The notes below the pieces were generated by a model that was not told the DNA's origin, ran no database searches, and saw nothing but the letters and a program-made list of their open reading frames with translations. A stretch of 63,043 nt of DNA, counting the filler, from Lophium mytilinum (Eukaryota): NCBI GenBank assembly GCA_010093605.1. It is 4 parts of 3 records of this genome, joined end to end, with 100 filler letters (N's around TTAATTAATTAA, not from the genome) between each part and the next. Parts side by side here need not be neighbours in the genome. Positions count along the whole stretch, not along the records: positions 52,281 to 63,043 come from MU004187.1; 3 more parts are not named here. The stretch is one strand, 5' to 3'. A program made the translations under genes and the position numbers. Shown in pieces: positions 52,181-63,043 of the stretch; position 1 is the first letter of the stretch, and every line of letters starts with the position of its first letter.

Positions 52181-52280
52181 NNNNNNNNNNNNNNNNNNNN
52201 NNNNNNNNNNNNNNNNNNNNNNNNTTAATTAATTAANNNNNNNNNNNNNNNNNNNNNNNNNNNNNNNNNNNNNNNNNNNN
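52181..52280. other. Artificial contig linker
   Basis: N44-TTAATTAATTAA-N44. Confidence 0.97.
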
Positions 52281-55200
52281 GACTTAAGAAAGTATAGACC
52301 TAGCTATATATTAGTTAGTAGTAATATTTAATAATTAATAATAATTAATATATATCTAGTCTTAAGTTTAGATATTACCTTTCTAATGTTAAGGCCCTTT
52401 ACTATAAAACTAAGTACTATCTCTTTAGGTATGCTCTTTATTTCCTCTAATAGTATAGTTAGATAGAAGTTATTCTCTATTAACTTCTAGATTCTATTAA
52501 CTATAATAATATACTCTAGAGAGTTAAAGTCTATAAAAGTTCTATTAATAGCTTCTAGAAACTTTATAAAGCTATAGTCTTCTAGCTCTAGGCCTTTACC
52601 GCTAGACCTTATAAGATAGAGAGTAAAAAGGTATTTAGTACTTTCCCGCTGCGGTAGCTAGTATATTATAGTAAGGACTGCGTGTAATAGCTAGAGCTTA
52701 AATAGAGTATTTTAGGCAGTAATATCTAGGGATTTTATTAGAAAGCTAAGGCCTACTAATGTAACTAACTTTATAGATAAGGCTAACTTAGACTACTTCC
52801 GCTTTTTATTACTTTTAATAATACTGCCCTATATCTTATATTTCTTATAGACTTTATACTAGATTAATATCTAATATACTTACTTCTACTTAGCTAATAT
52901 AGAAGACTTCTTAAATATATAACTCTATATATCTATAAAAAGCGTATATATTTTAGACTAAGTATTTAAGTAGGCGTTATTCTTACTATAGTTATTTTAG
53001 CCTAGTTATAAGAGATATTTTACCTATAGGTATACTTTAGAGTTCTCTATTAGTATAAATAAGTTAGCTTCTATCTAGCGCTATACCTTAAAAGCTAAAC
53101 CTAAGCCGGCTATAATATTTATTTAACTTAAGTAGCCTTTAGAGTTCTTAGTAAAATTAAATACCGCCTTACTCTATATAGATATATTATATAGCAGGTC
53201 TATTAGGGGTATTATAGCCTTCCCCTAAGTAGATCTAGAGCGTTAGTAGCTACTATAAAAAGGCCGGCGGCTATAGTAGTTATCTAGCTTATTTAGCTCT
53301 AAATTACTATTATAGTCTACTTAACTAGAGTCTATACTTAATAACTATTTATCCGGGTTAAACTTCTTATTATTTTAATTATCGGGGAGGCGTTATTAGT
53401 AACTAGTGCGTTAACCTAATTCTTTAGCTATATTAGGCGAATAAGATAAGAAGTTAAAGTATAAGAAAGATAGATAGAAGGGGGTAGAGTTAGTAGATAG
53501 AATAGCGTTATATAGCAATGCAGGTAAGAGCGGGCGGAAGGCTAATAATATTAGATAAATAGTAATAGTAAGTAATAAGTAAGGTAGTTACTTACCTATA
53601 AAGTTATAATAGTAGACGCTACTTATAGTATAATTAACCTTAGAATTACGCGCGTTAAAAAATAAGGCGACTGTAGTAGAAGATATATAAATCCGCGCGC
53701 GCTAGTAATAGAAGTAGCTACTCTTAGTTATACTTTTAAATAGGTATAATATCTATTAAAGAAGTACTTATAAAGCGGTACTAGAAATATAGTAAGTATA
53801 GGTAAGCCTAAAGCGTAGAGAAGAAAGTTAGTATATAAGGGAGGAAGGAGAAGAAAAAGAGAGAGAGAGAAGAGAGAGATGGAGGAGGAGGAGGATAAGA
53901 GAGAGAAGATAGGTAAGAATAGTAGATAAGAATTAGAATTAAAAGGCTAGATAGAAGGTAAAGTTTAAAGTAGCGCATAATTAAGTGCGTAATTAGTAAA
54001 TAGGCCGTATTATAATATAATAGAAGTAAAGAGTTATATAGCTTAAAAAACTCTACTACCTAATAATTAGTAATAATTAGCCTCTATCTTAATATTTATC
54101 TATATCTATTAGCTTTTAGTAACGCTTAATAGATTAGTAATAACTTCTACCTAATATTATCTTCTACTTACCTAGATTAGTTAATATAGAGAGGAAGGCT
54201 AATTTCTATATATAGATGCCCCCCCCTATTATTTAAGTTAGTATTATAAGCTCTACTAGATTAGCAGCTAATAGGTTAAGGTTCTTAGAATAGAAAGAGA
54301 AGTTAGCTATAGCTACCTAAGGAGGTACTATACTACTTATTATTACCTAAGCTACTGCGCGCCTCTCTATCTCTAATAGTAGCTTATTATCTACTAAAGT
54401 TGCGCCCTATAAGCTAGTAGATAGTAGTACTAATTTATATATCTTTTTACTATCTACCCTTCTTATAAGTATTACTAATTTAGCTTATACTATAGAATAG
54501 CTTATTTATCTACTCTCTCCCTTACTAAATAAGTACTTTTACTCTCTAGCCCCTCTACTAGCGCGCATACCGCCTCTATATAGAGAACGCCTACTTTAAC
54601 CTATCTAGAAAGACTAGTGTTACCTATCTATATATTTATTATACTTCTTATCTACTTACTTACCTCTACCGGCGCTAGGCTAACTATAGTCCGCATTTAA
54701 CTAGCCTATATATCTCTCTCTCTTATAGCTCTCTACTACTCTAGGCGGCGCTTTCTAGAGGCTCTACTTAGTAGTTTCCACTCTCTTTCTATCTCTTATA
54801 GCTCGCGCTCTAATAACCGGGTTAGCGCGCTTCTTTTTATAGATTTAGCCTTTCTAGAAGTAGTAGAATTATATAGTTATATCTTATAGGCTATACCTCT
54901 AGAATATATATAGGTTAGTAATGCTTAGGTTTACCTATTATAGTATGCTATAAGGCTAACCCTTAAGTATAGCTTAAAATTAGTAGAGGCAGGTTAGAAG
55001 TAGATAAGAAAGATAATAGAGTAATACTTAGATATTTAGGGAACTAATTAACTACTATATAGTACCTATATTCTACTAGATAATTTAGCTATTAAATGCG
55101 CGTTTAGATAAAAGCCTCTTAATATAACTAATATCTTACTAAATATAATAGTGCTTAGTTCTAATCTAATTATTAGCCTAATATTATACTAGCCTTAACC

Positions 55201-58200
55201 CTAACCCTCTAGAAAGTAGCTACCACTATAGTAACTTACACCTTCTATAATAATAGCTAATATACTACTAGCGCATATTAGACTAAAGCCCTAAACTCTT
55301 TTAATAACCTACTTACTATTAAATTATAGCCTCTTCTCTAACCCTAACTATTTTATTTAGAATATAAGCGTATCTACCTATACTAATACTAACTAACTAT
55401 TTAAATATATTAGGCCTAATAGTAATATATAGTCTAGAATAGTAAAGGCTAATATACTTTAAATAGAAACTAAGTAGTAAGTCTAGCTTATGCGCGGTAG
55501 TACCTAGACTTAATAGACTAATCTATATATAAAGAGGTTACTACTAAGCCCTTCTTTTAACTCTACTCTAAGGGCGCTAACTAATTCTTTAATCTTCTAT
55601 ATAGCATACGCGAAATCTTAGTTATAAGAGATAAATTAAATAAACTATAGAGAGTAGAACTTAAGAAGATACTTACTACTTAAATAACTATAATATAGTC
55701 TACTAATAGGTCTAAATCTATAGTAACCTTTAAAGATAAATATAGTAACCTTTAAAAGCGCTAGAAATATACTAAATACTAACTTAATTCTATAGTAAAT
55801 ATTCTAATCTTAAAAGGCTAAATAGAGGTAATAGACGCCTACGCCCTTACTATTATTCTAACAACTATACCTAATGCCACCCGTGCGGTAAAGCTTACTA
55901 AGGCGCTATAAGACTAAGAGCTACTAAAGCAAGTTATAATTAAGTACTAATTTAGAATCTCTACTTAGATGCGCCCTAGCCTACCTACTAATATACCGGG
56001 TGCATAATAGTGCACTTACTCTTATTATTTTAATCTAGATATATATAAACTATAAAAGGTAGCCTCTATAAATAAGCCTAAGTACTACTATAATCTTACT
56101 ATTAAGGGCACCCTTAAGGTTCTTAAAATTCTAGAAGAATACCTACCGCCCTTATTTAGAGGCTAGATAATTAGGTATAATACTAATGTAACCGCTAGTA
56201 AAGAGCTAGCGGAGGTCCCTATCTTTCTTACTATTATTCTAACCTAACTAGCTACCCCCGCTAAGCTAGTAGAACCCTATAAGAGGTTAATATAGAACGC
56301 TATTTACTATATAAGGGTCTAAGACAAGTATAAGTCTTATATTAGTCTACCTTAGAATCTATATTCTAAATAGTATATACCTATTATCTTATATATAATC
56401 TATAGAGAATTAGCTAATAGAAGTCTAGCCTTATAAATATAGCTTATATTTATAGTTCTAGTATTTAAATTACTATATACTAATAAGCTATACTAGATTA
56501 TATTCTATAGCTAAGTAGACTCTCTACTTAATACTATCTATACTAATAAGAAGTTTAAGGCTATAATAATAGATAGTTTTGCCTAGATGCACCTAGTTAT
56601 ATCTATACTAGATACTCTAAAGAAGTTAGTATCTATAGAAGTATAAGCTAGAGAATTTTATAGCCTTAAGTAGCCTTTAAATCTACTATAAACTATACCC
56701 CCGCTTCTAGAGTTATAGAAGGCTAAACTTCTTACCTAAACTAATCTACTATTTATTAGAATTATAGAGAACCTACTAGTGCCCTAGTATAACTACTATA
56801 TCTACTCTTCTATTAATACTCTAAGTAAGTATATAGACCTAGATTATATTCTCTATTTTAAGGTTACTACTCCTAATATAGAGAAGTAAAGTCTAGATAA
56901 TAAGCGCCGGTATACTACTTAGATAGCATATAAAAATATTGCCTAGTATACTATACTAGTTAACTTATTATAGAAATAGGTTAATGCCTAGACTTATAAG
57001 AAGTTTTATAAGGTATTATATAACGCAGCTACTAAAATACTTATAGTATTACCTATAACGCTAAATATAGTAAATATAATAAATAATATAGTAGAGGGCT
57101 TTATAGATGCAACTAAGCCCCTTTATATATATCTAGATTAGTACTAGGTTTTAATAATAGAGGATTATATACTGCTAGAGGAACTATATACTATTAATAT
57201 TTCCTACTAAGGCTACTCTAACTAGTTTCTATCCCTGTTTAAGTTAGTATAGGTTGCAGTTAAGTAAGTTTATAACTTTAAGATAACTAGTAGACTGGAA
57301 GGGCATAGTAAATATAATATTAAGAATATTCTTAGGTACTATACTAAGGTACTAGATAAGTTTAAGGCTAGCTAGGCTAAGGCTAGCGATAGTGCGGAGG
57401 GGGATAAATAGAACGCTGCTAAAGTCTACTATATTAATAGTTTAACCTTCTATATAAACTACTATATAGCTAGAGGTTTTACTATATTTATCTAAGAACT
57501 AATTACTAACAGTACTATTAACTATTATAAAGTAAGTAGCTACCTAGTAGTTAGCTATTACTACTCCGCCTTTAGCTATAATAGAAGCAATAACTTCTAC
57601 TCTAAGTATAATACTAGTAAAGATAATAATACTAACTAAGATAGTACCTATATACTATACTTAGGCAATAATAAATTAATATACTAGTAGCTAACTATCT
57701 TAGATTATATCTATAAGGCTATTCTAGACCTTAAGAACTACGCTAGGCTCCTTAATAGAGATAGTAATAGTAGTAATAACTTAGACGCGTAAGATAATTA
57801 TAGACTATAGAATCCGCGCAAAGATAAGCTTAGCTAGAGAATGCAGGACTATATAGCTAAAGCGTTAGCTAAAATATAGTAAGTAGTAGAGGGCTACTAT
57901 AATTAGGAATAATTAATAATAATTAAAAATAATTAGATATTCTGCGGGCGGCCCGGGTAGACTATAGTATAAGAGTTGCTGCTAGTACTAGTTATAGGCG
58001 CCGGCGACTTAGATAGAAGGTAGTATCCCCGCTACTAATTTAGAGGTATTAGTAATCTAGAAGTCTTCTATACCTATATACTTAATTTAAAATACTAAGT
58101 TATTATTATATTTACTATAGGTTATATATATAAATACTAGATAGTAATATATATAGCCTATAAGCTAATATCTTTCTAGGGCTAAATATCTACTAGCCTA

Positions 58201-61200
58201 ATTTCTAGTACTATTAATAAGGGCTTAATAATTCTTTAGCTTCCCTATTAACCTAGTATAGAATAGGGCCTAGAGTTTTACCGGGGTGTTATTATAAAAG
58301 TAGCTAAAGAACTTAACCTACTTCTAATAGCGCAGTATAGACTATTAAAGAAAGGCTTAAGTACTCTTATAATCTATAAGAAGATAGTCCTCCGCCCTTA
58401 CTACTTACTAGTTCTTATAAGTTATTTACTCTCTATCTACCTTATTCTTATTAAGCGTAGTTATTGCTAATATATATACCGCTAATTCTACCGCGTATAA
58501 GAGGCTTAAGTAGCTAAATTAGTAATATTATAAAACTCCCTACCTAACTAGCGCCTTCTAGCTATTATCTAATTTTGCGCCGGCTAAGAGAGACGCGGAG
58601 TTTAACCTAGGCTACTTAATGCGCATCTAATATTACTATCTTATAGCTATTCTATAACTAGTACTTACCCTAGCAGCCGTCTTCTTAATAACGCCGGCAC
58701 CCTTAGTAGATACCTATTAACTCTATTCTACTAGACTAGTAATATATTACCGCCTAGCGCTCGCCTTATAGAAGAGAGTAATGCACTTAGACTTAGTATC
58801 TTCTTCTATATTACCTAGATAGTACTCGCCTAGAGTTAAAAGTTTTTTACTATAGCTAGTAACTGCGGTAGAAAGTTAGATACTAGAAATTAGTAAGAGG
58901 TAATACTTACTTTTAATACACGCCGTGCTATTAGAACTAGGGAAACTAGATATAACTACTAGTACGCGCTTAAAACTATACCTACTATAAAGGTTTATAC
59001 TAGCTATAAAAAATATAGAAATAATAGAAATAATTATATATAGGCTTTAGAGTTATAGTTTAAAAAAGTAAGCTATAGTCTTTAATATATAGATGCGTTA
59101 AGGTTCTAGGCTAATAGAATAGCCCGCCCCCTATTAAAACGCGTTGCATGCTATTAAAGAATAATAAGTACTATATACTAGCCTATAATTTAATATAATC
59201 TATAATAATTACTTATAATCTATNNNNNNNNNNNNNNNNNNNNNNNNNNNNNNNNNNNNNNNNNNNNNNNNNNNNNNNNNNNNNNNNNNNNNNNNNNNNN
59301 NNNNNNNNNNNNNNNNNNNNNNNNNNNNNNNNNNNNNNNNNNNNNNNNNNNNNNNNNNNNNNNNNNNNNNNNNNNNNNNNNNNNNNNNNNNNNNNNNNNN
59401 NNNNNNNNNNNNNNNNNNNNNNNNNNNNNNNNNNNNNNNNNNNNNNNNNNNNNNNNNNNNNNNNNNNNNNNNNNNNNNNNNNNNNNNNNNNNNNNNNNNN
59501 NNNNNNNNNNNNNNNNNNNNNNNNNNNNNNNNNNNNNNNNNNNNNNNNNNNNNNNNNNNNNNNNNNNNNNNNNNNNNNNNNNNNNNNNNNNNNNNNNNNN
59601 NNNNNNNNNNNNNNNNNNNNNNNNNNNNNNNNNNNNNNNNNNNNNNNNNNNNNNNNNNNNNNNNNNNNNNNNNNNNNNNNNNNNNNNNNNNNNNNNNNNN
59701 NNNNNNNNNNNNNNNNNNNNNNNNNNNNNNNNNNNNNNNNNNNNNNNNNNNNNNNNNNNNNNNNNNNNNNNNNNNNNNNNNNNNNNNNNNNNNNNNNNNN
59801 NNNNNNNNNNNNNNNNNNNNNNNNNNNNNNNNNNNNNNNNNNNNNNNNNNNNNNNNNNNNNNNNNNNNNNNNNNNNNNNNNNNNNNNNNNNNNNNNNNNN
59901 NNNNNNNNNNNNNNNNNNNNNNNNNNNNNNNNNNNNNNNNNNNNNNNNNNNNNNNNNNNNNNNNNNNNNNNNNNNNNNNNNNNNNNNNNNNNNNNNNNNN
60001 NNNNNNNNNNNNNNNNNNNNNNNNNNNNNNNNNNNNNNNNNNNNNNNNNNNNNNNNNNNNNNNNNNNNNNNNNNNNNNNNNNNNNNNNNNNNNNNNNNNN
60101 NNNNNNNNNNNNNNNNNNNNNNNCTTACTCTCTATAGATAAGATATAGCTTACCTAATATTGCGGTAATAAGAGCGTATAGCTAGTCTATCTAACTATTA
60201 GCAACCTAGATAGAACTACGCGGCGCTTAAATATATTATCTAGTACTCTACTACTAGGCTTTATACTAAGTATAGCGGATAAAGAAAACTACCTAAAGTA
60301 TTAGCTATACTACAGCTCTTTAGGCTATATTCTTAGGCGTTAATAAAATTCTTACTAATACTAAGTAGTTTTCTAATATAAAATAAGCTATTATAGAATA
60401 TACTACTAATAGAATTATACTAGAATATAGAGATAGTAAGAATTAAAGGTGCTATCTAGTATTATACGGGATTATAGCTAATTATAAAGAATAGAGCCTA
60501 CTTATAGGTATTAAATTTAGAAAACACTATACTATATACTAGGTACTATTGCATTAATATAAAGACCTAGAGACTAAATACGCTATAAGGTCTTACTACT
60601 TAACTATTATTTAGATTAAATAGTAACGTAATAATAAAGAGCGTTTAAAACTTCTACTAAATAAAGCGCTATATAATATAGAGGCTATAGAGCTTAATAT
60701 AGAGTTATATATATATCCTATAAATAACTTTATCTAGAAACACCCCTATACTAATATCTACTAGATAATAATAATAGATATTCTATACTAACTATTTACA
60801 GGCGTTATTTATAACCTTATTAAATAGGTCTAGCTACTAGTAGCAGAGGTCTGCACCCTAGTAATTAGAAGAAAAGATGCCCATATTCTAATAGAAAATA
60901 AGAGCGGCTTAATCTAGCTAAATAAGCAATTTAAAAATGTGCCGCCTTTCCCGGGTCTATCTATATTTAATAAGAAGAATTTTAGTAAACTCTTATAGTA
61001 TACTAGCTCTAAATAAAAGTCTATAGCCCGCTAGCTTATAGTAGTAGTAGCACCGCTACTAAAAGTAAAGGCGCTAAACGCGCTCTAGTTTATCTATGCA
61101 ATACTTAATTTTACTATTCTAGCGCAGTATAAGACGCATAATAAGGCTACGCTAAAGTATATAGAGCTAGTAATAGCTTAAATTAATATATATAAGTTAG

Positions 61201-63043
61201 AATTTAGAATATTTAGATCTAGAAATAAGGATAGAAACTATACCTTCTACTATCTAAAATTCTACATTATATAGTACTACGTTAATTTTATATAGAAATT
61301 TAGCGCCATTAATAGCTATAATACCGGCTTAAATAGTAAAGTAAAATACTAACACCTAGTTAAATTATAGTATTAGTTAATAAACTATAAGGACTTTCTA
61401 TTCTAGATCTACTAATTAAACTAGAGACTTATAAATAACTAGGCTATAAATAACATACTAAACTACTAATATTACTATTCTTAACCGGCAGTAATAAGAG
61501 ATATACTAATATAATAGATAATAGTATTAGAAAGTATTAATATCTTAAACTTTAAATAGCCTAGATATAATAATTTCTATAAAGGCTAAATAGTGCACTA
61601 TTTAAAAGTAAGCGTTAAGTATATAGCTAATATAAGCTAGAAGCTAGACTTTATAGCCGCCGCCGCTGTATTTATTTAAGAAGAGAGGTGCAAGATCTAA
61701 GGCTAATATACTAAGCCTAGTAGCCTAGATATATTAGACCCTAATCTATTCTAGGTTAGCTACCTCTAGCTTAAGTTCTATACTAGTATTTTATATTAGA
61801 AGTAATTAGATACTAGTAAGGACCTAGAAAGCCTTATAAAAGAAAATCTATAGTATAACCCTAAGTAGTAGAACTAAAAATAGTAATATAACTATCTATA
61901 GGTATAAGAGTATAGCTTAGACTATACTAAAAATAGAAAGACGCGCGTTAGTATTACTAATAGAAAGTTAGTAGGGTAGCTATAATTTATAGTAACTATT
62001 ATAAACCCTATTCTAAAGAGTAAAAATACTCTATAGGCGGTATACTCTAGAGTTTTTATTTACCTTCTAGCGCTAATTAATAACGGGAAGCTATATTACG
62101 TCTATAGCCTAGTAGAGGTAGCTTCTTAGGCTTTTAATAATAGCTGCCGCTAATAAAAGCTAGAAGTATATTAATTCTATCTACTACTATAAGTTCTCTA
62201 AAGTGCATATATTGTACTAGCTACCTCTAGCCTAGACTCCACCTATTTTTTTATTAATAACTATATTAACTAGAATTAATATAATACACTCTATATAGAA
62301 GACTAAAAGATAAAGGCGTAAGAGGTAATAAGGTAGTACTAGCTTAGTAGTTGCGCTAAAGAGATTAAAGCTACCCTAAGAGTTAAAGACGTAGCGGAGT
62401 TTTTAGTAAAGCGCGTAAGAGTAAGAGCACTTACTAACGCCTCTCTTCTATAACTAAGCTAGTAAATACTAAGAAGTAGTATAGTAAAGAGGGGCTATAG
62501 TACTAGCAAGTAATAGTATAGATAGAAATAAGACTATAAGAAAAGATGTTCTTAATTTTTCCCTACTATTAAGAGATAATTAAGTATTATTTAGCTTTAT
62601 TAACCTCTAAGGCTAATTAATATAAGATAATAACTATATACTTTCCTATATAATTTCTATAAAACTAGGTAACGCTAGTATACCCTGCTAGCGCTGCCTT
62701 ACTTTACTTTTTAAAATTATATATTACTACTTTTACCTATTTCCCTTTACTAATAATAGCCGCCTAATTAAATTTACTAGCTACTTAAACTTACTACCCT
62801 CTAATTACTTTCTTTTCTTAATACTTTATAGTAATTAACCCTAAATAGCGCCTATAGTAAGTATATTATCTATACTAGAGGTTTTAGGCTATAGTTAAGT
62901 TATAAACTACTTTCTAGTAGATTAATACTATAAAATAGAGGTATAAGGTATAGACCTTAATATACTTAAACTATACTTACCTATTCTAGTCTAGTTAGAC
63001 GCGGATAAACCTCTCTCTAAACTAGGTTAAAACTATAAGATAC
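52281..63043. mobile_element. Copy B of the large Plavaka element (no Gypsy insertion, less RIP-mutated); neither terminus visible
   Basis: Colinear with copies A1 and A2. Empty target site at ~56364-56381. Confidence 0.88.
60124..62513 (+). pseudogene. Plavaka-family transposase (5' part lies in an N gap), RIP-degraded
   Basis: Reverted motifs: DKTQLTQHCGDKSVWPVYLTIGNL, LDERFKNVPPFPGL, AMLDFTILAQYKTHDEATLKYM, YPKFHIMQHYVDFIQKFGAIDSYDT, SAHIVPA and FFINNYIDWNQYNTLY. Confidence 0.88.

Noticed and set aside
55195..55210. Telomere-like TAACCCTAACCC inside the Plavaka element
   Set aside because: It has only two units, is not at a junction, is colinear in the other copy (~3097), and can arise from coding sequence by RIP.

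Overview
Fungal (ascomycete-type) repeat-only DNA, heavily altered by repeat-induced point mutation (RIP): TpA is in large excess, CpA/TpG are depleted, and no gene is intact. The window is four contigs joined by artificial N44-TTAATTAATTAA-N44 linkers (19533-19632, 41101-41200, 52181-52280), so order and orientation across the linkers mean nothing. Contigs 1 and 4 hold three partial copies of a large (>=11 kb) multi-gene element with a Plavaka-type transposase. One copy is interrupted by a complete 8.2-kb Ty3/Gypsy chromovirus with 163-bp LTRs and a 5-bp TSD. Contig 2 begins with a (CCCTAA)n telomere that directly abuts an ~18-kb multi-gene element: 60-bp subterminal repeats, a MYND-finger gene, a SNF2-family ATPase gene, a large AT-hook protein of unknown family, and a repeat-protein gene. 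This element forms a head-to-tail array with a fixed inner end, variably truncated outer ends and telomere repeats at one junction. It also carries at least 13 copies of a ~33-bp palindrome, found in 5 of the 6 predicted SNF2 introns. Contig 3 is another copy of it. All protein calls come from by-eye translation with RIP transitions reverted, so gene boundaries are approximate.
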